From contig JAHDYR010000062.1 of NCBI GenBank assembly GCA_019828565.1, forward strand, positions 483,666 to 547,665: a stretch of DNA of 64,000 bases, read 5' to 3'. Both the position numbers and the translations under genes were made by a program. Below, in pieces: positions 1-11,300 of this stretch. This stretch comes from Carpediemonas membranifera BICM. Lineage: Eukaryota; Protista; Fornicata. The notes below the pieces were generated by a model. That model was not told where the DNA came from. It made no database searches and saw only the letters and a program-made list of their open reading frames with translations. How positions within the stretch are numbered: position 1 is the stretch's first letter; the number at the start of each line of letters is the position of its first letter.

Positions 1-1223
1 TGGGAACTGCATCCAGCGAGAGAGAGAAGAGCATATGGTGGGTGGTCACCGCTTGCGTCCAAGGTGATTTGTCTCTTCCCAAATTGGTATCTCCGGATAT
101 ATGCGATATATAAATAATGCAATGTTAGCTCAGCGATTAAGGACAGCGCTCCTGGTATCAACAGGGCGCATCATGCCCTGCGTATTCTAGCAGCACGCGG
201 TCTCTCCGCATCCCGCATGTTCAATCTCACTACGTTGTTTGCTCGTCTGATATTAACAGCAGAATGACACCAGAAAATTTACCAAACATGATGTGGACGG
301 GGAGTGCTTCAATATTTGTCTCTTGATACGGTTCATGTTTGCTAGTTGCCTCACTGAGAACGTAGGATTGCCTTCATCAGGTATATGGACGCAACATCAA
401 GGTATTCCTTCGCGATATCGTCTGCAAAGAGGTAGTATTCCTCTATTTGAACCAAATCTTTGATTCTTCTGCGCATCGTCTGTAATTCAGTGACGAATTC
501 GTGTCTTCTCATGTTTGTGCACTTTATGCACAAACATGAACCTCCATTGATTTGAAGCAATTCTGGCACTATTAAGCGCCACGCTACGAGTGAGCATGGC
601 ATGTTTCAACACCTAGCCGTCGTCACAGTTTAGTCAGTTTTGACTCGAACCGAACCAGTGCCTATAACACCATCAATACTGAAGTTCAGATCCTTTTGAA
701 GTGATAAACTAGTAGAATAGAAGGATGAATAACACTGTGCTCAGTTTTAGCTCCGTTGGACATGAAACATATTTTTCTATCGATTTGCGTTTGCTTGCGA
801 AAGTTTGTGCTATTTTCTCCAGATAAAGGCGTGCGCAAGGAAATCTGGAGGCTAGCGCTGTTATAATGAATGTTAAACTGTTACGTAACGGTGTCGGTAT
901 CCAACGCGCATCCCCCGTTCTTGAGCAGAAGCAAACTTTTTTTGGCAGTATTTCCCGAAAACCTCAACTTTGAGCAAGAATAATTTTTTGGGGGAGCTGT
1001 CACAGACTGAGAGAGAGTTGGAGCTAGCTTAAGCACACCTCGGGCAAGCCTCTGTTAGTTTTTGGTCGAGCTCTGCTGAAAAGTGAGTGAGTTCATGAGA
1101 GCAGTACGTATCAACGTTCCTTGGGCCCAGTATTAGTTGCATATTGCTTTACACCCCATGGCAAGGCGTCGCTAAATTGTTTGAACGCGTTTAGTTTTTC
1201 TTGCAAATGCCATTTTTTCTGGC

Positions 1224-1282
1224 ATTCTGGAACCAATTCTGGAACCATTTGTTCCAGAAAAGGTACCAGAATTGACTGCATG
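1224..1282. mobile_element. Putative DNA-transposon terminus with subterminal repeats; the element probably extends leftwards
   Basis: TTCTGGAACC twice, inverted GTTCCAGAA and GGTACCAGAA, ending ...GACTGCATG exactly where the 298-bp repeat is cut off. Aligns almost without gaps to 33635-33694. Confidence 0.4.
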
Positions 1283-1434
1283 CATGCCGGCCTTCTTCTC
1301 AATCGCCACAAAGTTGGGCGCGTCATCCTTCGCCGTTGATAGAGAAGGGAAGGGTAGACCGCTGTCACCCTCGTCGGCACCGGCCAACAGAGCGAGCTGC
1401 CAGCGCGACCAGGCCGCCGGATTCATTTGCGGAG
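1283..1434. repeat. Partial 298-bp satellite unit, left flank of LINE A
   Basis: Identical to part of the unit in 19069-21445. Ends with ATTCATTTGCGGAG (1421-1434), the TSD of LINE A. Confidence 0.95.
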
Positions 1435-2688
1435 TCAGTTCACCAATGATTTCAGCAAAGTGGAAACACTTCGATCATGGATGGACAAGGACCAACAGGC
1501 CTGGCCTATATGGATAGGGCAGTGCCCCATGGAGCTCAGAAGGAGCGGCCTTGGCCTCCTGTCTGAACATTCAAGGGTTGCTATCAGGGCATACCGCTGG
1601 GCGCGAGTGGGAGCTCCACGCCCATACCAAGGAATCAAAGTGTCTTCATGGAACGTATGTTTACAAGGAAAAGGAAAACAACCGTCGAGGGCCAGTGCTA
1701 GCACCGGCGGCTACATGGTTTTGTCAAGACCACAAGGAAGGAAGGGCAGCACAAAAGGGAAACAGGGGCCGTCGATAGGGGCTAAAAGGAGACTACGAAC
1801 AAAGCAACAACAACTACACAGAAAGGCCCCGCTACTCAGAAAAGGGCGACGCATTTTTAGGACCGCGCCTTTTTGAAAGAATGGCCTATATAGTACGGAG
1901 CATGGACAATGGGAGAAACTGGAAGGCCTGGACGGAGACCTCACCCGGATATGTACATGTGGCCCGACTTTCGGACCCAAAAATTCCGACCCAGTTTATG
2001 GACTAGGAAAAGGGGAGAAATTTTGCACTCAACAATGCAGGTAGAAATACCGACAAGGATCAGGGATTCCACGCAGAAGCAGTGGGAGGACATCAGGGAA
2101 CTACTGGACAGCTTCCTCGCTGAAAGGAACGATTCAAGGACTCTACTTCTTCGTAGAACAGGCAAGTTTACAGGAAAGTCGCTCAATGCGAACTCCAAAG
2201 GACGCAAGGAAGTAATCATGAACGCCAGACGCATCCTCTTCGCAACCGGCGTCACTGACAACAAGGACATCATCCTCAGGAACCCATGCGGCATCCACGG
2301 CCTCCGCGACCTTTTCTACATGCTCACAGAGGCGCTCAACCCCAGAGACGAGGAAGCAAAGGACATGGCACAGGCACTGGAGCCCAAGACGCTGAAAGCG
2401 GGCTTCACTGGCATGGCAAGATGGCCATCTGAGAAGGACATCGAGACGGCGATCCTCAAGCCGAAGGAAGATGGGCCCATCGAATGGGATGTAGACAGGG
2501 ACAGCGTCAAGAAGGCCGAAGGGTCGTTCATACTGGTATCAGGGGCTCATGGAGACGAGGCCGTAGAAGGCGTGCCTTACGACAAGGTATGGGATCCGGC
2601 AAACCAAGGCCCGGTCACCAGAGTGGCCTACGAGCAAGAGGACGGCAAGTACAGGGTCATCCTAGAGCTAAGCGACACGTCAGCATGG

Positions 2689-2754
2689 TGTGCCCTTAAC
2701 CTGCGGAATTCGTAAAACAGTCTTTATCATATTTCTGGGCCCTAGCACGGCACA
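2689..2754 (+). repeat. Gypsy-1 5' LTR (66 bp)
   Basis: TG...CA ends with a 6-bp terminal inverted repeat; identical to 7543-7608. Confidence 0.95.
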
Positions 2755-2775
2755 GTATCGATATTGCCGATTCAA

Positions 2776-5700
2776 ATGAAGACTCTTACAATTGACACCC
2801 CGTTCGCCGTCGAGAGAGCACTCCAGGAGTACCTCTCGGCGATGCCCCACGAGAAGAATCCAATTTCGTTCTTTAGGGCATTGTCCCCCGAGACAACAGA
2901 AAAACTTCGCGCCCAGTGGCGCCCAACCACTCTTTTTGACACTTTCGAGGACCTACAACGAACCGTTCTGTCCGATTCCGATGCTCGCCGCGCGGCGAAC
3001 ACAAGCTCTGCCAGTACTGCGGCACGAGCCCGTACAACGAAGACCGACAACCTCACCGCCATCTGGGTAGAGGAGGTACAGAAGACCATAAGAAAAGCCA
3101 CGTTCGCCGCCTGTAGCGAGTGTGCAGCTAAGCACAAGGACCCCACCCTGACAGCAATGACCCGGGAGTGCCTTGAAGCTCAACATCCCCAGATACTGAC
3201 TGACTGCGGCAAGAAGGCCTGCGACTTCTTCACCCAGCTGACCGACGACCACGACATCGCAAACGTCGAGACAGTCGCACGGCCTGGCAACCTGACCGGC
3301 CCGGACGGCGAAGACGTCTCGGTGGCGTTCGTGTACATGCCCCCAGTGCCCGAGGAGACCAAGCCCGCCCCCTCCTCGGCGGCTTGGCCAGTCTTCGATG
3401 GCGGGGACGTCTACGCTTTCCTCGCCAAGGAGGCGACCTCCATCGCCCCCTACCTCGCATATACCCTCTTGACTAGTACGGACCCGGGCGCAAGAGCCAA
3501 GCTCCTCAAGGCAAAGCTCGACAACATCACGCTATACGGTCCGGAGCCCCGGCACCGAACGGCCGTCGAGAAGGCACGTAAGCTCATAAGCGCCCTCAAC
3601 CCAGACATCAAGGACGTCCCCACCATCTCCGCAAAACTGCTCGAGCGGATCATTCGGGACTTCGCCACTAGAGGTTTCTCCAAAGAAGCCGAGGATGTAT
3701 ACGAAGAAGAGATTGAGGACTACTCCGACAAGATCAGCGAACTTCTCGACAAACTACGCGACTTGGATGTTGATCACGACGAGAACATCATTATCCCATG
3801 GCGTGCCTTCAGACTCGCCAGCCCACAAGCCGACAACAACGAGCAGGCGTCGGGCACTTCAGGCAGGAAGCCGCTCGCTCGCAGGCTCGATGGTCGCGAT
3901 CCGTTCCAGCAGTTTAGGGACAAGACCAAGTTCCGCATGCCTCCTTCCCACACGAGATACTGCACACAGCATGGCTGGAACCCGCACCACGAGACGAAGG
4001 ACTGCAGGTTCCTCATCAGACGGGAGGCTTACAAGGCCCAAGAACGACAGCCACAGACCGAGAAGCGTCAGGAACGCAGACCCGAAGAGCGGCAAAAGCA
4101 GCCCGGCAACCGCGCACGCCCTGTGGCGCCCACCAGTCACCAACAGTCGGATCGCCGGGCCGGCCGCATGGACCTCCGCCCCTCGTCTACCCTGAAGAAC
4201 CCGCGCCGCGTCGATGAGGTGTTTGACGCGGATGAAGCGTCTCATTCGGAGTTGGAGAACGAAGTCTACGAGATCGAGGACATCATACTCGACAAGGACC
4301 CGGTGAAGGTCCCGGCTGTTATCAACGGCCAGCACATGAACGTCAAGTTCGACATCGGCGCTTGCACGTCGGTCATATCAGCCCCTGCCCTCGCAGCGAT
4401 CCCCGACGTGACCCTGATACCGACCTCAGTCGAACTTCTCGGCGCTGGGGACGATATCATCTCCACTGGCAAAGCCGCCAAGGTCTCGCTGACCCTCCCC
4501 AGTGTCGACGGAAAGACCGTGACCACCACTGCGTTGCTCATGGTCACGAAGGGCCAGAGGAAGAAGGTCCTCATTGGACGCGATTTGCTCCGCCGCCTCG
4601 GCTTCCTGCTGAACGACCGGCTACTAATACCGTCCGCTGACCCGATCGATGACGACGACGGCCTGGGACAGCACCCCTACCTCGACTCGACAACAGAAGA
4701 AGTCGACCCCGAGGAAGAGTGGCGCAAGGTTAAGCTGCCGACCGAAGAGAACCCGGAGCTGGCTGCCTGGCTGACCGACTTCCTTCGCGAGCGCAAGGCC
4801 GTGTTTGGCCCTCTACCTCCGGATGGCAGCAGGATGCCGCCACACGAGATCGTCGTCGATCCAAGCCGCCCTACACCCAGGGCCCGACCCAGGCCGTTGA
4901 AGGGTGATCCGGGAAACTCAGCCCTCGCGGAGATCGACAAGATGCTCAACCAGGGCGTGATCCGAGAGAGTCAAAGTCCGCACTCTAGCCCGCACGTCAT
5001 GGCAAAGAAGAAGAGCGGCGAAGACCGCTTCTGCATCGCTTACAACGTCTTGAACAACGCCACCATCGACGACCTGTACCCCACGCCGGACATCCGATCG
5101 TTTGTACACGAGGCGAGCGGATGCTCCGTGTTCGCGGCGCTCGACCTGCGCAGCGGATACTGGCAGCAGAACATGGCAACCGATAGCATCCCGCTCACCG
5201 CATTCACCGTCCCGGGCGGGCATTACGAGTTCTTACGTACACCATTCGGGCTGAAGAACGCCCCAGCAAAGTTCCAGCGAGCCATGGACGAGATGCTCGC
5301 TGGTATCGACGGTTCGAGAGCCTATATCGACGATATCTTTGCGTACGCCCGCTCCATTCAGGATTTCAAGTCGACCCTCACCCAGATCTTCGACCAGTTG
5401 GAAGCTTACGATATCAAACTCCGCGCCGACAAGTGTGCCATTGGCATGAAGGAGGTTGAAGTCTGTGGGTTTATAGTCAACGAGTCTGGCAGGTCGGTTT
5501 CCCCCTCACGTATCGCAGCCATCCAGGACCTCACACCCCCAACGACGACAACGGAGCTGCGCCGCACGCTAGGCAAGTTCAACTATCTGTCAAACTATAT
5601 CCCACACCTCGCCCACGCATCAGCCCCGCTCAACGCCCTCCTAAAGGGATCGCCGCAGAAGTCGGCCCCCCCTCGATTGGACTGCCACTGAGGACGAAGC

Positions 5701-7516
5701 ATTCGCCCGTATGAAGACCCTAGTAGCCGAGCACACCGCCCTCGCGCTCCCAGACCTGAGTGCAAAGTGGACTCTCGAGACCGACGCATCGTCGACCGCC
5801 ATCGGTGGTGTACTGTGGCAGGGCGAGGGTGACGAGAAGGTCCCACTCGCCTTCTACAGCAAGACCCTCGACGAGACCCAGCAACGGTGGTCCACGGTGG
5901 AACAGGAGCTTTTCGCCATTGTCTATTGTGTAACGCGACCAGAGTTTTCCCCCCTCTTCAAGCTGAAGCCGTTCGAGCTTCGCACGGACCATCGTAATCT
6001 GATATGGCTACTCAGGAAGACAGACGAGGACGGCACTAAGAAACTGACACGATGGCGACTCACCATGACAGAGTATCCGTATAACGTCACACACATAGCT
6101 GGAGCGCAGAACCTCGTAGCCGACGCACTGTCGCGGCCATCATCTCAGCGCAAGAACGAGGTGCGCTGCTCGATCGACCACGTCACCACGACGCGCCAAG
6201 AGCAGATCACCAGGGCGCACGCCGGTGCACAGGGCCACGTCGGCCCAGACCAGACCATCGCCAATCTGAAGCAGTCCGGTGTCACGTGGCCAGGCATGTC
6301 GGATGACGTCCGCGCGACCTTACGCCAGTGTCCAATCTGTCGCAAGACAAAGCCAGCCCGCAAGGAGCCGATCAAGTGGCACTCTACTCAGCGCATCCGC
6401 CCATTCGAGACGGTGCAGGTGGACACCATTGGCCCTTTGCCCGAGAGAGACGGTCTCAAGTACGTCATCACGGTGGTGGACGTGTTCTCGAAGTTCACCA
6501 TATTGAAGCCCACACGGTCAACGAGCGCAGCCGAGGCAGCAGCCGCATTGCTGGAGATCTGGGCGACTTTCGGCGTCCCGGCCGAGCTCCAGTCTGACCA
6601 AGGTACACAGTTCAGGAATGCCCTAGTCGAGGAGATGAACGAGCGACTGAGCCTCAAGCACCGGTTCAGTACGGCATATCATCCGGCCAGCAACGGCGTA
6701 GTCGAACGCCTGAATGGTACCGTCATGAGACGCTTAAGAGCGCTCCTGCTGGACGCCCGCGACGACAACTGGCCCGCATACCTGCCCATCGCCCAGCACG
6801 TTATCAACGCCACCCGCCACTCCACCACAGGCCTCAGCCCCTTCGAACTATTGTTCGGACGCAAGTCAACCATGCTGCGCGTCGCGCCCGACGCCCTGAC
6901 CAACGCAACCCAGATGCTCGAGCCGGGCTCAGTCGAAGCCGACGACATCGTCCGCTTCCAGGCCCACGTCACGTCGCTCCAACAACTTGCCGCGATCAAG
7001 GTCAAAGCCTACGAGGTAAACAAGGCTGCAGGCTCCTCGGACAGCACACGGGCCTGGGAGAACGAAACCTACGTCCTGCTGAGATACCCGGGCAAGCCGC
7101 CGACCAAGCTACTCCCGCCTCTGCGCGGACCGCTCCGCATGGAGGGGAAGGGCGATCACCCCAACACCTACAAGGTGATGGATCTCGTGTCGAAGTGCGT
7201 CGCCACAGTCCACGCAGACCGACTCGTCACATTCCACGCCGACGGCCTCACGGAGAAGGAGCTCGAGGAAATTGCCGCCTACGAGCAAGATGAACAACCC
7301 GTGGAGGCAGTCGTAGGCCACCGTAAGAAGAAGAACGGCTCTCTGGAGCTACTGATCCGTTGGGAAGGCCTCACCCCCGACGAGGACTCATACATCCCCT
7401 ATAATCGCTACTACGACCAGCTCGAGGCTATCGACAGTTATCTCGAGCTCAATCCTGGTCTCAAGCCGATGTTTGAGAGTGCTAAGAAGAAGTTCCGCAG
7501 GAGCGGTCGCCGTTAG
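2776..7516 (+). CDS. Gypsy-1 Gag-Pol polyprotein: CHHC knuckle, aspartic protease, RT, RNase H, integrase, chromodomain; one frameshift in a C7 run at ~5666-5672
   Basis: YCTQHGWNPHHETKDC; FDIGA; LDLRSGYWQ, PFGLKNAP, YIDD; ETDAS...EQELFAI...TDHRNL; HHCC; DTIGP, SDQG, NGVVE; C-terminal VEAVVGHR...LLIRWEG. Removing one C gives KSAPLDWTATEDEAFARMK. Confidence 0.95.
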
Positions 7517-7542
7517 TCATGCGACACGCATTGGGAGGGAAG

Positions 7543-7608
7543 TGTGCCCTTAACCTGCGGAATTCGTAAAACAGTCTTTATCATATTTCTGGGCCCTAGC
7601 ACGGCACA
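7543..7608 (+). repeat. Gypsy-1 3' LTR (66 bp)
   Basis: Identical to the 5' LTR; preceded by the PPT and followed by TSD ATGG. Confidence 0.95.
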
Positions 7609-9447
7609 ATGGTCCATCAGCCGCTTCATGGAGGAGGCTAGGGACATCCTCAGGCTTCAGGCACCGGAGGCCCCGGCCATATGGCAGGCAGCATGGAACA
7701 AGTCAGGGATCTACCTGAAGGGGCAGAACCAATATCCTGGGCGAAGGGGAGGAGACCCCCTTAGCAACGAGCCGCCGTTCCGGAAGGTGAGGCTGGAAGT
7801 GCTCAAGGCCACCTCGGTCCGCAGCAATAGGGACGAACATGCCGATCTGGACAGGTCGTCCGCTAGCACGGTCATCGACGGAGACGAGGAGCAACATGTC
7901 AAGGACAAGGAGGAACGACGCCAGCAGGCCACCATGCCCGGCAGAAGAAGCCTCGACGACAGCCTCCTGGAAGTGAACAAGGACATGGTCGGGGCCAACC
8001 AAGGCAAGATCGACCAGGACGAGGAGGTCGACTCAAACAAGGTCAGCAGCCAGCCGCCGAGGATGCCTAGAAAGGACAAGGAGAAACGACTGGTGATCGG
8101 AGCCATCGACTTCGAGTGCGCAGACCCTGGCGTCAAGAAGGCAGGGATCCCTGCCATCCCGGTTGAGGGCGGGATCGTACTCTTTGACCTCAGCACTGGG
8201 GACATTCTTGGACACGGGCATGGCCTGTATTACCAGGACATACCGGCAGCAAGCATGGACCAAGCGAGGTACACGGCATGGGCAGTGACGGGGCTGCCGC
8301 CGGCCACCTTCGTGGAGGTCGGGACGGGGCGGCCGCCGATCGAGTATGAGAAGCACATACATACTTTCAGGGACTGGGCCAACCGCCTGGCGGCTCAGCT
8401 GGCAAGGATCGAAAGGTCGGAGGGTTGGAAGATAATCATGTATGCAAAGGGGGATGGAAAGCTTCCTCCTCACGAACCCCACAAATGGACTGGAGCAAGG
8501 AACCAGGGAATTCTTCCAAGCTAGGCTGGTGGACGAGAAGAAGCTACCAGAGATCCTGGAGAACAACGGCAAGGAGGAGGCTGGCCAAAACCTCAGGGAC
8601 AACCTCGACAAGGCCAACTACCTGGAAGCAGTAACAACATGGTCAAATGGATGGCAGAACAGGAGCGAGCCCAAGGGAGTCTGTCCGTACCACAGACACA
8701 CCGCGGGTTGCTACCACTGTGGGTTGGCGGATACAGTAGTCTTCACAGCCAGGATCAGGGCCCTATGCAAGGAGAGGATGAGCACCCCAGACGTCTACCA
8801 CTACATGGGTAAGGCACTCGACAAGACCATGGAAGCAGTCGGGAAGGCGGAGCCGGGCATGGATATCATGGGAGGCCCGGAATTCGCGACAAGGAGGGAC
8901 ACCTTTGAGATCTTCGGCACGTACCCGATCGGGGACGCAAGGGACGTCAGCAGGGAAGTCGGCGACAGGATCCTCGTAGTCCCGGACAACGGACACCGCT
9001 TCGGCATCGGCTTCGGGTTCGGGGAGGTTCTGTTGGGCATGAAGGGCATCTTACTGGCCCCCCTCACAATCATGGACAACGAAGGTGTACTGGAGAGAAG
9101 CCCGCTATGGACCATCATGGAAGAGCCACGGCTAACCAGCTCCGCATGGTACGCGTCAGGAAGGGCCTAGGGGCAGCAAGGGAGGAGGACATCATAACCA
9201 TGGCCATGCTATACGAGTGGTGGCCCTCGAAGGAGGCTACGGCTCATCAAGGAGTCTGGGGCTGCGACAACCTAGCAGAGAGCCTCAGGGACTATGAGAA
9301 GGTCATAGTCAACGTCAAGGCCCCCAGGAACAGGGGTAGGATCACCCTAGGGGCGAGCTTCATCCCGAGAGACTGGGGCATGGTCAGGGTCAGCGAGGCT
9401 GGGACCATCCTAAGCCGCATGCGCAAGGAAGGGGCCAGACTAGTCTC

Positions 9448-9571
9448 TGTGGTTCGTTTGACGAACTATGTTTACAGGGGAGAAGACTCGACACAATGGT
9501 GTCGAGGAGAAACTCCTTGACTAACTAATATCATATATAAATCTGTGTAATCTTGGGTGAGACCCATGACA
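9448..9571 (-). repeat. Gypsy-2 3' LTR (124 bp)
   Basis: Identical to 15362-15485. Contains TATA-like TTTATATATG (minus strand) and the hairpin CTCGACAC/GTGTCGAG. Confidence 0.95.
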
Positions 9572-10228
9572 CTGCCCCTCCATGCCTCAATGAGGCATGA
9601 CCCCAGACAGCGTGAGCTTTGACGGCTGGCTACTGCCAGTGGGGGTGAATGTTGGCTCTTGGGGGCCGGTCCTGGTGGGTGCCAACCACCGATCGAGCCC
9701 CTTTTTTGCGACCTTGGCGGGGACACAACAAGAAGCACAACGACGTGCAAAATAGCACGGCTTACAATCGCGCGGTACCGCTGGGTTAGAAGGATCCTAC
9801 CATAGGGGTTCTGCCCCTCCTCGGCTTTTCCTCGCCGAAAATCGAAATGTGACGTACCTTAAAATGCTTGGGTGCAGGTTATGGCCATCCAAACACAACG
9901 ATGGTGAAACACCGCCCCTTTCCAACTGTTTGCGCCATTAATCAGGTTGGTGCTGAAAATGGCATTTTCAGGCCTCAACGAGGCCTCTACGGCGAGATAC
10001 GAGCCTTTTTCTTTGCAGCGTGAATTCACACCACGACTACGCTCAGATAGAGCTACTAAACGACTAAACAACATCAAGACAACAATAAAGAGATCATAAC
10101 TCCATGTTTGAGCGGCTTTCCATTCGGGATTGGGATGTTTCATTTTGCACCAATCTTGGTGCAAATGGTGACGGAACATTTGGGGGAATTGGCGCGGTTG
10201 CTGCAGCTAGTAGCTTCTGAGGAATCTG

Positions 10229-11257
10229 ATGATCCTCGAATGCTTTCTCTGCAGCGCCGTTGTGCAACATTGGGCTCCGACATCCAAAAATCTGCGATCG
10301 TCACGCGTAGCGCCGGGCAACAGGAGGCGCAAGAGGCTTGTGCGCCGTCCCGTGTGTCACTCCGAGCCCGCTTCGTCGGTAGACGAGACCTCGAACGATG
10401 ACAGCGAAGAAGACGAATCACCGACTTCTTCGGACGATGCCCCGGGGAATGACAGCTCCCCAACGCTGCCAGACGGCCAGCCCGAAGCCAACCAGCCTGC
10501 TGACGTGACTACTACGGTTCGCCAGCTCTCCCACGCCTCAGGAACGGACGTTTCGGACTTGAACCGGCTGGTCCATCGGCTGTTGGGCGAGCACGCCCAT
10601 TCGATTGCTCTAACACTCACTCCGCTTATGAATTCTCTCCGTGAACAGCGGTTCGAGCGTGAGTTCTCCCTCGAAGACGTCGAACGCCAACTTAAGGGTG
10701 TTTCTTGTGCGCGTCGCGTGTTGCTCGATCTTCAGGCCTTCATGAAACTTGCCCAGGCACTACCTGAACTGGACCTGCATCGCGCCGCCACTTGGCACCA
10801 TGAGATGGACGCTATCCGACGCAAGCTCCCTGGTAGGGGTGACAAGTCCCTCTGCCACCTCCTGGCCTTAGCCGTCTTCCCGGGAGTCTATGGTTTGCTT
10901 CAAGAGGCTTGCTACCGGTCCTCTGATATACCGGAGATGGAGAAGCGATTCCGCTTGGTCATGCGGGTATTCAAAGCCCATCCACAGTGGGTACCGGTAC
11001 TCATGACTACGGGCGACGGAGGGCTCCAGTTCACTGATGAGCTCCGTACTTATCGACTGGAACGAGTTGTTGGCAGTCGCAATGGCCCGGGTAGTCGACT
11101 CCTCACGTTGAAATGGGAAGACTACAGGTTTGTGACACGGTCGTACCCGACGCCGGAGTTGCTAGAATTGCCTGAAGTGGTTGCGCACCTTGCTCGTCAC
11201 GGGGTTGAACCGCGCAGTACTGGACCTGCCTTCGCTGGTCGGGGCCGCCGACTCTAA
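10229..11257 (+). CDS. Gypsy-2 antisense accessory ORF with C-terminal chromodomain-like segment; true start probably near 10135 via a frameshift
   Basis: 342-codon open frame with an acidic linker, helical core and YRLERVVGSR...LLTLKWEDY...SYPTPELL. Converges on the pol stop at 11301. Confidence 0.65.
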   Translation: MILECFLCSAVVQHWAPTSKNLRSSRVAPGNRRRKRLVRRPVCHSEPASSVDETSNDDSEEDESPTSSDDAPGNDSSPTLPDGQPEANQPADVTTTVRQLSHASGTDVSDLNRLVHRLLGEHAHSIALTLTPLMNSLREQRFEREFSLEDVERQLKGVSCARRVLLDLQAFMKLAQALPELDLHRAATWHHEMDAIRRKLPGRGDKSLCHLLALAVFPGVYGLLQEACYRSSDIPEMEKRFRLVMRVFKAHPQWVPVLMTTGDGGLQFTDELRTYRLERVVGSRNGPGSRLLTLKWEDYRFVTRSYPTPELLELPEVVAHLARHGVEPRSTGPAFAGRGRRL

Positions 11258-11300
11258 CAACTAATCAACAATAAATCAGGCGAGATGAGAATAGGAGGGT

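Larger units (their letters stand above)
2689..7608 (+). mobile_element. Ty3/Gypsy chromodomain LTR retrotransposon (Gypsy-1), 4920 bp
   Basis: Identical 66-bp LTRs TGTGCC...GGCACA at 2689-2754 and 7543-7608. 4-bp TSD ATGG (2685-2688, 7609-7612). PPT GGGAGGGAAG at 7533-7542. Order gag-PR-RT-RH-IN. Confidence 0.97.

Noticed and set aside
351-602. 83-aa ORF as a gene or transposase fragment
   Set aside because: Short, with no recognisable motif; no function can be supported.
1421-1445. Sequence-specific (R2/Tx1-style) targeting, and TCAGTT as an initiator marking a complete 5' end of LINE A
   Set aside because: The three LINE junctions share no consensus. The ORF1 frame is open right up to the junction and LINE B has about 1.9 kb more upstream, so A may simply be 5'-truncated.
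5660-5715. Programmed ribosomal frameshift in Gypsy-1, and likewise near 12395 and 12613 in Gypsy-2
   Set aside because: The breaks lie inside pol rather than at the gag/pol boundary, and each is fixed by removing one base from a homopolymer. Similar 1-nt homopolymer differences separate the near-identical Sin3 copies, which points to sequencing error.
7544-7612. ORF 7544-8524 as an env-like or LTR-initiated gene of Gypsy-1
   Set aside because: Its first codons are LTR sequence and the rest is the interrupted LINE A ORF1, which rejoins 1909-2688 in frame.
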